This document shows, piece by piece, positions 13,301 through 25,134 of a stretch of 64,000 nucleotides of DNA. A program made the translations under genes and the position numbers. Location of the stretch: the NCBI GenBank assembly GCA_050084515.1, contig CM114271.1, positions 1,426,001-1,490,000 on the forward strand, read 5' to 3'. Origin of the DNA: Blasia pusilla (taxonomy: Eukaryota). Each line of letters starts with the position of its first letter. Position 1 is the stretch's first letter. The notes below the pieces were generated by a model, which was not told where the DNA came from, did no database searches, and was given only the letters and a program-made list of their open reading frames with translations.

Positions 13301-14580
13301 CGATTTTGTATCGGCCAGGGTGGCGATGAGGTGATGGACGGGTGAGCCATCTACCGGTGTTGTTTGCAAGGAGTGGTGGTAGTCCACCACGTGAGGATAT
13401 GGTGATCACGTTGGCACCATTCACATGTGGTGTTCACTGATCAGGAGGGTTTGCGGAGAGGAGCACACATGCAGAGGACATTTCTGTAGCGGATAGTCCC
13501 ACGAAGAGACATGTCAAGGTGAGTGTCTCTTCCCATGGTGCAGAGTTGCTTTATTGTTGTTGGGGATGAGCGTTGAGATGCATGGAGTGCAGACAAGCTC
13601 GTGAGGCACGTGTGGAGCCATATCTTTGTTTGGAGTAGGGTACGAGAGTGTAAGATCTCTTTGGAGAGATCAACACGGCGAGTTGTTGTTGTGTGGCAGC
13701 ATTGTGGGGATAACGGCACCGATGGTGCTTGATGTGTGTAGGATAGGAGATCTTGTCGGGTATATATGTGTGTGCTATCTGGAGTTCGGGGGACCCAATT
13801 GCCAGCTAGGGGGGCGATTGTGGGGTCCCAGTGTATATGCGTGAGTTTGTTTGGTTATGTGTGGATCTACCCGTATGTTGGGGAAGATCGGTGTTGTGTG
13901 GTGTGTAGATGTGACCAGCGATGTGGGTTATGTAGCTATGTGTATGCGCACGATAGCTATCACATCTTATTTCGACGTAGGTAGAGTTCTCTCGTGTCAA
14001 GGGCATGGAGAGTCAACGGGCTGTTTGGGGGTAACTTCGTCCCGAGATATCGGATGAAGTTGGTGACAGGTCTTTTGTATCGAGAACGTTGTTTATGATG
14101 ATTTCCCTATTTTGGTTTTAGTCCGTCATGTGACCTGTTGACCAGGTCAACGGTCACTCGGTAATCTGTGCACGCAGGTTACCATTGGGAGGGTTATTTT
14201 TTGGGGAAGAGCTTTTTGGCTCTTCCCAAGGGTATAAGAGTGAGAGGGATGGCTTTCTCAAGCCATCTTTCTCATGTTGAGCCTTAAGAGCGCCTCTCTT
14301 GCATAGACGTGTGTGGATGTGTAGAAGTTAGGGTGATAGCATCCGGATTCCCTCATAGCAGAGGGTGGATGTGGTTCAATATGCCGATGTCGATTCATGA
14401 GTGGAGTTTTAGGCCGGGTGAGCCATTTTTACTACTCTTGATTTTGTTGTGGGGTCCCTAGTATGTATGCGTGAGTTTGTTTGGTTATGTGTGGATCTAC
14501 CCATATGTTGGAGAATATCAGTGTTGTGTGGTGTGTAGATTGATGTGACGAGCAATATGGGTTGTGTAGCGATGTGTATC
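10390..14580 (+). mobile_element. Degenerate Ty3/Gypsy copy C (DNMT-carrying family): gag, protease, DNMT motif-I remnant, internal deletion, PPT and partial 3' LTR
   Basis: Gag start MGHQGMQRFSGAIGTIDLDDFIQEF; zinc knuckles CWTCGGSHRQRDC and CDHCHRYGHTRDRC; protease RVLLDSGAQPL; GTRV*DLFGEINT at 13639-13677. Colinear with the minus-strand copy at 27.2-30.5 kb. Many stops. The 5' boundary is approximate. Confidence 0.85.
13819..14580 (+). repeat. 3' LTR (partial) of Gypsy copy C
   Basis: PPT AGGGGGGCGAT at 13808-13818 followed by TG. TATA-like GGGTATAAGAG near 14232. Homologous to the minus-strand fragment at 58935-59410. Confidence 0.7.
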
Positions 14581-14817
14581 CACGACAATGTGCAAGACCT
14601 ATAGAAGGTCCATCACAAGTAGAAGGTCATGTAGGAAATGATGGATCCCGCAGCTGCCCACAAGTACATGGGACCCCTTCTAATTGGCCTAAAAATATAG
14701 AACTACCCTTTTGCTACGTGCTACAGAGAAGCTCTCTAGACCTAATATGCCTATTGCACGAGGATAACCTCCTCAATCTGAAGGCAACTCTTGAGCAACT
14801 CGTCATTTTCTTGTCAT

Positions 14818-14907
14818 CTCCTCCTCCTCCTCCTCCTCCTCCTCCTCCTCCTCCTCCTCCTCCTCCTCCTCCTCCTCCTCCTCCTCCTCCTCCTCCTCCT
14901 CCTCCTC
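14818..14907. repeat. (CCT)n microsatellite, about 30 units
   Basis: Perfect trinucleotide run seen directly. Confidence 0.98.
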
Positions 14908-17334
14908 GCTATAGTAGGCATCATCTCAAGGGTTGAATTCCAAAATCCGATCCGATATATCCAAGTCCTCTTGGAGAAGGGTCACCATCAACATGAGGAA
15001 TGTCCAACTGCACACAGTTTGACTAATTTGCATTGGTATTATAAAATAATTTGAAAACACCTTGAACATAGAAACACCCTATAAGTTAGGAACTTATCAA
15101 GATTGTTAGGATATCCTAATTGGAGAATATGTCCTCTCACATCCTCTGACCCCGCCATAACCTTGGTAGTAGGGTATCTACCACACTTTGTGAACTACAA
15201 TACATACAAATAACGCTATCTCATGTAGAGAAGCAAAAAGTTACACCAGAGATGACTATAGGCCGTGTCCGGTCCCTTTTTTCTTGTACTATCTAGTGGC
15301 AAGTAGCTAGTTAAATACTTTTAAATGTCACTAACTCATAAATTCTTAGAATGTTAGCATATAAGGAATACTTGGAAAAATGATGGCAATGGAGGGGAAG
15401 GGGAGAAAACGAGGGGTCAAGAAGGAAGAGGAGGACTACGAGTAGGAATGTTCAAAGTCTTTGTTTCATTTTCATGTTCATATTGAATTTTCCTTTGTTC
15501 CAACCATTGGATTGTGTGGAAACATGGAAGATGCTTTTCAATTAAATTCCTTGCAAACTTCAACGGTTCATATGTGCCATTATGGCTCCCATACTTAAAC
15601 AAAAAGGGAAATGATTTTTAGGGTTTATGACTTTAATCTCCATGTGTGGGCGGTCATTTGAAGTCTTTATGTTCCTAGGCTTGGATTGCTTCTTTGAGAA
15701 ACTTTCTTGGTTTTTTTGGCTTGGATTGATTTTTTGGTTGGAAAAAATTGGATGATTTTTTAATCCCTAGCTTATGTGACACGTTGAATTTGATGTGGCA
15801 AGGTATGTGGCTTTGGGACATTGGGATTTGTAGGTTTTTTTAGTTCAAAATTCCCGCTTTTGAAATGTTAAGTACTCTGCTTTTTTTCTTCCCGACACAT
15901 CCAAGCCGTAGATCAAACGGAGCTCTACGTAAGTGCCAATCACTCAGAGAAGGAGAAGAAACATTCTAGCAGAATCATCGATGAGGAAGTAAAGCCAAGC
16001 AAGATTTGCAACAAACCGCGATCGGGTGGGTGTGGCTCGTATTCTTGCTCATCGGTTACACTCATTTCTCTATTTTGTTTTGATATGGTCGATCGAGGAG
16101 ACATTTCTCCGTCGCATGTGCATCTCAACCGTGAAAGAGAGAATGCGGTAAGTGCGTTAAGTTGAAAGAGAGAACATCAACAACAATAGGGAATGGAAGG
16201 GCAAGGATTTCAATTGATGGGGAAGAATCAGACAGTGCTTCTCACTATTTTTATGGATCCCGACTTGGGATGCGTATTTAGGTAGAACGAGTACAGGTTA
16301 GGAGTGATCGAATCATAATCAGCCAGCTTGGGATTTCTCTTCTTGTGATCCAGGGTTAGTGCCCTTTCTAGAAGCCGAGGAGATTTTGTAAAATGGGCAA
16401 TGTGCTAAACAAAAATGATGCCAATCGAATGCTTCAAATCTCTGTTCAGAGGCTCCTTCTTTTGAGTCTCCGCTCCTTTCCTCCATCAAAATTTCTTGAT
16501 TCCAACAACCTTCTCTGTCTTCGAGGATCTCTAAGGCCAAATTTTATGATTGATTTTGCTCTGTCCAAAATTTGCTCGATCAATTTGATAACATCCATGC
16601 TTTTCCGTCAATCAAATTTTCTCTGAGTTGATCCATGTGCCCCCCCTCATAGCCGCCGAGTACCCAAATATTTGATGCCTTCTAATGCTTTCTTGATCCC
16701 GACCAGGGATGAGGAATTATTGCCCGCAGATTATCCTTCACCTAGACTAGCTCTCTCAATCCTGCGTAGAAAATAGAAAATTACAAAAGAAACACCATCC
16801 TGACATTGTGGGCAAACAAGTTTGTACATGTTCAAACAAAAGTCATGCTATTGATTTCGACTGCCATAGAGATATGTAAACGATTCTCTTATGTATGGTT
16901 GGTGTAGAGAGACAACACTCATCAAGTAGTGCCTGTCGTAGCCTTGTGACCATAGACCCAGCGTCTAGGTTGGACAGTGCTAGAGACTAGGATGGGTGTA
17001 GAGAGAGGAAAACGTTAGGAAGGTATCATGAGGAGGGAGGCACTCTTGTATAGTTTGAGTGCAGACCATACAAAGTGCCAACTGGAAGCTGCTTACACCA
17101 CTATCTATATTACCTGATTCGAATCCCCAATACACATTACTTACCAGTGTGGCAACTTTGGATTTGTGAAGAGAGAGAAAGAATGAATGATTGAAGTGAT
17201 TTATTGTCTATGGGGACCCAAACTGAGTCATGGGACTTGGATGCGCAAATTCTGCAACCATGGAGGAGGAAGAACACAAACAAAGAGGTTCCACAAGATC
17301 CTTGATCCAGGTGTTGTTCTCTCTTCGCACACTT

Positions 17335-18467
17335 GTGTAAGAATTTAGGATTTTTTCTTAATGCAATACTTCCTTTGTTGTCAACCTGTAAGGATGTAGG
17401 AGTCATCTGTTCATATCCAAGATCATTCAATAAGCTCCTCAACCATATCACCTCTTGAGCAGCAAGAGAAAGCGCCATGTACTCTGCCTCAGTTGTAGAG
17501 ACTGCAATAGTTCTTTGTTTCTTACTACACCAATTGATCACCCCTCCACTTAACAAGAAGACATATCCACTTGTTGATCTTCTTTCATCAGTAACATCTC
17601 CCCAACTTGCATCTAAGAACCCTTCCAAGATTGGTCCATTTTCTTGATGCCTGTATTCCAAGTATGTTCTTGTTGTGCCACGCAAATATCTGAATATTCT
17701 CTTCAAACATTTCCAATATTCTATTATAGGTTTTCTGGTGTACTTGGCTAAGACACCAACTGGGTATGCTAAATCTGCTCTGACACCAACCAATGGTCTT
17801 TCTACCAGGTGGCAAATCTACAAACTCCCATGTCTCATTTTTCTCTAATGAGACCTTTTTCCCCACTGCTGCTCCCACTGTTTCGAATCATTCCTACTCA
17901 TAGCCTCACTCAAAGAGTTGGGCTCTACAACTCCTTCTTCAATAGCATGAGCTTCATTTATCCCCAATCTTTCTACAGGTTTGGAATTTTTTCCAGATCT
18001 CCTTTGCTATGAGATCTCCTTGATCACTCCCTCTGTGGACTCATGTGCCTCTATAACTTGCTTGGCTGCACTTCTCCTTTGTACACCTTCATAGGTTGAC
18101 TATTTTCAACATGATCTTCCTCTCTTACACCTTGGGTGCAAGTATCTAATCCTCCACTACATTCTGCAAGTGTATCCTTTGATACTTCCTCCTTATCAGC
18201 ATCTTGATGTGAGTTTGACACTACAGGGATGATTACAAGAGTGACAACAGAAGTGATTACTGGCACCACTTTGGTGACCATTGACTCTTTGTGCTCAGAG
18301 TCTTTCAAAAAACTCTTCTCATCAAAAGTCACATCATTGCTTGGAATTGCCTTGCAGGTTCTAGGATTATACAACATGTATCCTTTCAGACCTTCTTCAT
18401 ACCCAACAAATAATGGTGAACAATTCTGGTGTGTTACTAAACTGGGTTTGTGCATATAGGCTAGTGA
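17335..18467 (-). mobile_element. Ty1/Copia pol fragment (integrase C-terminus, deleted RT, RNase H)
   Basis: SLAYMHKP, FVGYEEGLKGYMLYNP, SNDVTFDE, SLEKNETWEFVDLPPGRKTIG and RADLAYPVGVL..DASWG..RRSTSGYVF..STTEAEYMA..VDNKGSIAL..NP. The RT core is deleted at ~17790. Confidence 0.9.
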
Positions 18468-18657
18468 ATGTGTTGAAAAGTTTTGGTGTTACCAAAACTT
18501 GTCAGCATAAATCTGATTGCACATGCTGGCATTCTATTTGTGCAGGGTGTATTGAAGGAGACCATAGGGAAGTGATTGCCCTATTGGAGGCCATTGGATT
18601 TGACAACTAGTGGATTGCTGGTCCTTTTTGCGCATCATAGAGAGTCATTGTGGGTGA

Positions 18658-19383
18658 TTGTTCTCTGCCGTGGGTAAGAATTGCGTACACACATACACAA
18701 TGGCAAATGTTCCCCTATTAGATCAGTACTCATATGTTGAGCATCACCGGATGGATCCCCCATGCTGCTTTTCTTGTGATGAGGGAGGTGATGTTATATT
18801 TTGTGATGGTGTTTGTGGTCATCATTTTCATTGGATTGGAGGTGGCATGCCCACCAACCCAGATAGTGGCAAGGGTAAGACGTGCATCCCTGTTGTGCTG
18901 CCTGGAAATCACAATTGGAGTGGACCTTGGGTATGTGATCTATGTGTTGATGATAGAGCCATTTGTTTCTCTTGTGGGCTGGTTGGTCGTGTTGTTGGGC
19001 ATACTGAGTTTGAGACACGACTCATCAAGTGTGCTCACCCGGATTGTTATTCCTTTTATCACCCGGGATGTGTGAAGACCCGCTTGCTTATCAGAGGACT
19101 CTCGCAGGCTCACACAATGCAAAGCCCTCTTGTTGCTCCTGATGCACTCATCTACTCACGTCACTATTGTGATGCGTGCAAGATATATCAGGCGGGTATA
19201 TATGACTTAGTGCAGTGTCGTAGATGCCCCCGTGCTTGGTGTTATGATCAAACTCCAGGAGGCAAGAGACACTTGCATAAAGGCTGTGATGTTAATGGCA
19301 TGTGGAATTTTGGTGAGTGGCGACTTGTGTATTGCCGTCGTCATATAATTCCAGAGGGCCAGTCTGTACCTACTCGGGATTAA
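18658..19383 (+). CDS. Tandem atypical PHD zinc-finger ORF resembling the EDM2/NSD PHD cluster; probably cargo of the adjacent DNA transposon
   Basis: Uninterrupted 241-codon frame: CFSCDEGGDVIFCDGVCGHHFH..WVCDLC..CFSCG..CAHPDCYSFYHPGC..HYCDAC..QCRRCPRAW..YCRRH. Confidence 0.75.
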   Translation: MFSAVGKNCVHTYTMANVPLLDQYSYVEHHRMDPPCCFSCDEGGDVIFCDGVCGHHFHWIGGGMPTNPDSGKGKTCIPVVLPGNHNWSGPWVCDLCVDDRAICFSCGLVGRVVGHTEFETRLIKCAHPDCYSFYHPGCVKTRLLIRGLSQAHTMQSPLVAPDALIYSRHYCDACKIYQAGIYDLVQCRRCPRAWCYDQTPGGKRHLHKGCDVNGMWNFGEWRLVYCRRHIIPEGQSVPTRD

Positions 19384-19671
19384 ACCTATATTCGTGTAAT
19401 ACATGCAAGAGAGACTTTAATGTCAATTGATTTAGCGGGTTTGGCCAATAGATTTTGCGATTTAGGATTGAGGATTTAGAAGAAAATATTTGCCCTGTGG
19501 TGGCTTTAAACGCAATATCTTAAATTAAGGAGGTGACATCAATGTGTATACTCCTATGGCGTCCAAAATGCTATAACCTCTCGTAAAGAATTGCTTTGGA
19601 TCTTATCTGTGGTGTTGTATTCTTTGTTGTGGTTTGTATAAGAGGTTCTGTGTGTATCCCCATAGTTTCCA

Positions 19672-22600
19672 ATGTTGACCTGTACTAGAGCTAGTATCAG
19701 ATTGGTTGAAAAGAGGGGTGAAGGAGAGAATGATGAGTCTATTTGTGTCTTAGGTTACTTAGATGGGCAGACTCTAGCAGATCTACGTATGAAATGTTCT
19801 GCAATTGTGGAATTTGATTTTGATTTCCTGGACTTCAGGCTCCCTCGTAGAACGCATCAGAATGCAGAGAAGGTAATTCTGCTGATGGAATTGGATGGTA
19901 TAGTAGGTGTCATTCAACAATTACCTATAGGCCCTTATGGGAAGACAACGCATCTCAATCTTCTGCAACCACCATGTCTATTGTAGACGAGACTGTAGCA
20001 CGTTCAGCTCCTATGTCTCGAAACCATACTGAAATTGAGGCACATCCGATGGGTTCAATTGATATCTCAAACCAAGGTTCTGTTTGGGCCTGGTTTGAGT
20101 CAATGTTGATGGCAGATCCAACTGCAAAATGCTGGAATGATGAGTTCATCAGATTAGGGAAGCGGGTTGAGAAGAATGGATACAAAGACCACAATTGGAG
20201 GGTGAGGACATGGGATGATGGAACAGATGTGAGAGGACACCTAGAGTGTTTGGAGTGTAGAGTGAACTATGGGAATGCAGAGAATTCCCAAAATGTGAAA
20301 GGTATTGCAAATTGCTTTAGCAACTTTAGGACAAAGCATCTAGTTAACCCGAAACACAAGTATAGTTTTTGTAAGAGAAGAAAATTTCCTACATCATTGA
20401 TGGAGCCTAGTGATGTTGTTCACAAACCTCATTTTGATCATGGTGAGGCCATCTCTAGAAGACTAGAGATTGTCTCCCAATTGAATGAGGATGTTGGGGG
20501 TGATAGGGAGGTGTTCTTTGTGACACCATCTCCCACAAATCCTCAGTATGCCAATATGTCATACCTATTTAAGGTCAGGTGTAGGGTCTGTGGAAAGTTG
20601 CATATAGACATGTGCCCAAAGAAACTGAATTTGGATCATAATTTGAGACAACGCATGGTTAACCGGGATCACTTGGATGCCTCTGAGGTCAAGGAGGCTT
20701 CTGTGGAGATTGCATTGAGGTCTGGGAAGAGAGGAAGACCAAGGAAAGCAGATACTAGGGATCACCACCCATCACAAGGATCAATCCTGAGGTTCTTTAC
20801 AGGAGATAAGTTCAACGTTGGGAGCTCTTCAGGGAAAGGTGGGTCAGATCCAGAATAGATCCAGGACTAAGTTTGCTTTCGCTGGGGATTGTGGGATGAA
20901 ATGGTAAAGTGGAGAGGAGATTGGATGGATGTCAAGGCTATTCTTGATGATCAAGAGGGAGGGGCCTTGTGGGATTGTGAGTTAACTTGTTGTGTACAGG
21001 TTTACAATCCTACTCTAGAGTCTATAGTGACCATTCATGGTTGTTACCATTCATTGAAAGGTTGTCTTACAATGGTGGCGGGTTTATGAACCTAACGTGT
21101 AGTAAATGTGAGTCAGTAAAGCGATTGGATGATTTCTGTGGTCGGGTGCATAGGGAAGTAAAAGCTTTAGTGCCAAGAGGATCCAGAGATACCAGTGGGG
21201 GGATACGGTTGGATTTTCTTACCAAGACAGAGCACAAAAAGCACGTTGCAAATTTAACTTCCAAATTCAAAAAGCAACGATGGCTTCTATCACAGTATGC
21301 TGCCAAAGTAGCTGCCTTGAGTACTAGGTGGAGGAAGCTAGAGGAATTTTTAGGAGTAGCTACAGATAGGAAGGATCTGAGACTGTTCCTTAGGAATATA
21401 GTGAATGGGCATAGGACTGGAGCATTTGGTGGCAAAGAAGGGTTATGGGATTTCATGACAGATGTTGCTAGAAATCTAACCAAGGCTGCCAAGGGTTTTA
21501 GGTACTGTAAGAGAACCAAAGCCATAGCCCAAGCAATGCTATAATTTGGTGGTAGGCAAGTGGCCCATTGCTTTCAGAAGAACTTAGGTGGTCCAAGTCT
21601 AAAAATATTGAAGCGAGATAGAGCCAAGTTACCACCCTTCAGAGTTGGATTACGCAAAGAGATATTTGTGGAGGTTGGCAGAATTTTGTCTGCATCAAAG
21701 CAAACTCTTGGAATTGAAGGAGATGTCCTTGTAATATTTGCAGAGGATGAAACAAGGATTAAGGAGAGGCCCAGGTGAGTGTTTGAGATTCAATACAAAA
21801 AATTATAAGTGAGATTCAATACAAAAAATTATAAGCGAGATTCAATACAAAAAATTATAAGCGAGATTCAATACAAAAAATTATAAGTGAGATTCAATAC
21901 AACAAATTATAAGCCTTTGAGCAATTTTTTCCTCGTGAATACAACCTAACATTAAAGAGTCATGGCTGACAAATGGGAGGCCAAGTATGATACCGTGATT
22001 GGGTTTTGTGGGCCCAAAGAGGCACACCAATGTTCATATGGAATGGAAGTACTAGTCGGGGAGGGTGATGAGGGCTACCACAAGATTGTAAGTACTTTTT
22101 AGGGTTATTGTAAAGGCATATATGCAAGAGTTGTTATTGTAAATCCTCTTCATGAATCTATGTCTAAATTGGCCATCTGTGTTACTGCCACATGTAACAA
22201 GTTCATTGTAGAGTGGGTGAGACAACAGTGGGTGCAGTTGAAAGAAATGTGGGATGAGTATTGTCGGCTTGATGTCGGGCCGTTATTAGGACATGCCAAT
22301 GACGGGATGCTCGTTGTAGAAAACTAAAGATGGAGGATTTTAGGGGTGTTAACTCTACTGCACGTAGGTATAGTGTGGGGTGGGAAGGATGGCAATATTC
22401 TGTCTCTATTCTTCCTAATGGTGATCTCTATGGCTTCGGAGACCAAGATGCACCTCACAATGGGAAGAAAGAAATTAATCCATTAGAAAGATGCTCAACT
22501 ACTTGTGTCCTTGTAAATCAGCATGCATCTTTGTCATATGTGACAAATGTCTATAACCACTACAAAATTCACGAGCATGGCTTGAAGTGGGATGATGTGA

Positions 22601-24306
22601 ATAGGACTGATAGGAAAAATTGGGCTAGGCCTCAATGAATTGCTTCAAAGAGAGTGCAAGCTTGTTTGCAGGATATGTTTGAGAGAATGGATGTTCGCCA
22701 TGACAGAAGCCTAGGGACCCAACTATACTTGGAGGTTTATGGTAATTACATTGATATTTTCTTCTCACATAAGCATGACTTGAGGATTCGTGTAGTTTTG
22801 GCATCTAAAGTGTCGTGGTTCTTTCGACTCTGGAGACTTTGGCTGAGACATGGTGATCATTCTATGACAGGGAGTGTAGGACATGTGATAGAGAAGAACA
22901 TGATATCAGTGCAAGCTTTCCATGATATCAACATGTCTTTCCATTTTATTGTATTACTAATGTGTGCTTTCCGTGACAAGTATCCATACTTGCAAGTTCC
23001 ATTTCACCTCCTAGGATCTGATTGTTGTGAGATCTTCTTCAGCAAGGTAGGTGGAATGAGTGGCCATGAATGGAACTATGATTTTTGGTCTTTGTTGGAT
23101 AGTGCAGTGGGGTTGAATAGACTGGCTAGCTTGGAATTTGGACCAGAAGGATTGAAGATTGGCCGGTCTCATCCAAAGCAAGATCACGTGTGGGGAACTC
23201 TCCATCCGTTAGGTATAGGAGAAGATGCTCCTAATCTGTTTGACTATTCATTAATTCAGACTAATGAGATGGTAGTTCATGCCCTTAAAGAGGCTTTGGA
23301 TGAAGCAAAATCAATATTGAGCAGGTTGAGTATCTCTCCTAGGTCCTTTTTGCCTACAGGTCAGAGGCGATGGTGGTTGCATCCACAAGATGTGGAGGCA
23401 GAGACGTGGCCTGATTCTGCTATTATAAATGAGGCAGTTGCATGTGATGACTTTGAGGATTTCGTTGAACATAGACCAAAAGTAGGCCCTTGCCCACCCG
23501 AGGAGTCTAGAGTTGATGAAACAGAAATTGATAACCCAATGTAGAGGGATTTCAATAGTCTTGATGCTTGGGAAAGTGATGCACCAACCTTTGTTGAGTT
23601 TAGAGTGATTGGTGAGGACTTGGCTGAGGATGCAGATAACAATCCATCCATAGAGACATAAATATTGGGACATGAGGTAAGGCATGTATTCAGTTAAATT
23701 CTGCATGAGTGCACAGATGGAGTTCCTTGTCAAGTTGTGCCTACTGTGACATTTGAAGGCAGAATATACTCCAAGGCCACTTTGGTGAGTGATTGGGCCT
23801 GCAATCCTTTTATTTCTAAAGATAGGCTAACACGGATGTCACAGAAAACATATTACACTACAGGTAAGGTAAAAGAACCAAGTAATCTAGATTGCCCAAC
23901 TTGTTATGTTGACATTGGAAGTGATTTAGCTATTTTTTTTGAGTTTACTACACAAGTTGGACCTACTACTAGATCAAGTAAGTCAAAGAAGAGAAAACAA
24001 AAAGATTTGGATGAGAATAGAATAGACCCTACAAAAGAGTTTTGGTTAGGTCGTCTTTTGGACCGACCTGTCCCAAAAGATGGATAGATATGCAGTGTTT
24101 GTCAGATATTATGCAATTGGTATCGGCGCACAGGTAAGAGCAACACCTTGTTCACATATGATGCATGTGATGGCCAATATATTGACATTGAAATGGTAAT
24201 TTCAAATGTGAAACCAAGTCTTACATCCAGGATATATGAATTGGATAACAGTGATTTACGAGCGATCAATGATTACATCCGCAGCGTGTCGTCTTCTGCC
24301 AAGTGA
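19672..24306 (+). pseudogene. P-element/THAP9-like DDE transposase with N-terminal C2H2-like fingers and AT-hook; disrupted
   Basis: CLEC..KHLVNPKH, CRVC.., GKRGRPRK. Candidate catalytic motifs FAEDET (~21737-21754), HANDG (~22292), DQDAPHNGKK (DxxH, 22441-22470), DRKN and LGSDCCEIFFS (~23011-23043). GT intron from 21775. Several stops and frameshifts. Confidence 0.65.
21785..21913. repeat. 26-bp minisatellite, 5 copies, in the transposase intron
   Basis: GAGATTCAATACAAAAAATTATAAG(T/C) at 21785, 21811, 21837, 21863 and 21889. Confidence 0.95.
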
Positions 24307-25134
24307 TGTGCATGTTATAGTGTGAAGTCATTTTCTGAGTTTATGATAGGCTAGTTTTGGGAGGGGATAGATTAGGGGGATGAAGGCGTGGCCATATGAG
24401 CATCCTGCCCATACAGAGGTTCAATTCCTCTCCGTCATAGGTGTCAAAGTAATGGGGAAAGTGGAAGTTGCACTAAATATTGATTCAATGGAAACATGCA
24501 GATAATTCCACCACATATCATATATTTTGATAGCCTGAAAGCTTTTGATAGCCTATTATCAAGTGCAACAATACAAGACCGCCGCGCGAAGGGGTACTTA
24601 TCTTTACCCCTAAACAAATCAAGGACAAAATTTACTTAACAAAATATAGGGATCATAATTTTAAAAAAATTGCGATTTTAAAGTAAGTAAGGGGGAGGAA
24701 AAAAAAAATTCACTTATAAGTTAGGGGTTTCCGACCCCAAAACGTCGTAGATGATGTAGGAGGTATACATAGAGTGTCCCCCCCCGAGCCTCGTGGCTCT
24801 GTGTAGGATCCGATCCCGCTCCCTAGCACTCACTGTGTTGGCTATGACGCCACGCCAGTGCACAAGAACTCCACAACCTCCACGTCGTCATGGATATCAC
24901 GACCACCTATCGCCTCCTCATTGACCTCCGGATCCAAAGATTAATCATCCAACCCCACCACTGGAGTCATCACCTGCGACTGACCTACCATAGTCAACCA
25001 ACAAAGATAGGCAGATGCATGCCAACCGGACACCATCTCCTCATCACTCTCTCCATGCCATCGAGCTCTTGTGTCGTCTCTCTAACTCGAACATTGGTTA
25101 CAACTCAACCTCCGCCACCTACTTCAGCCGACCT

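Noticed and set aside
14562-15054. Poly-Pro and poly-Leu ORFs (extensin- or formin-like)
   Set aside because: Produced by the (CCT)n microsatellite; flanking residues show no domain.
15300-17330. Possible LINE or LTR remnant
   Set aside because: No recognisable protein motif or terminal structure.
21785-21913. 26-bp repeats as a CRISPR array
   Set aside because: Head-to-tail copies with no spacers; an intronic minisatellite.
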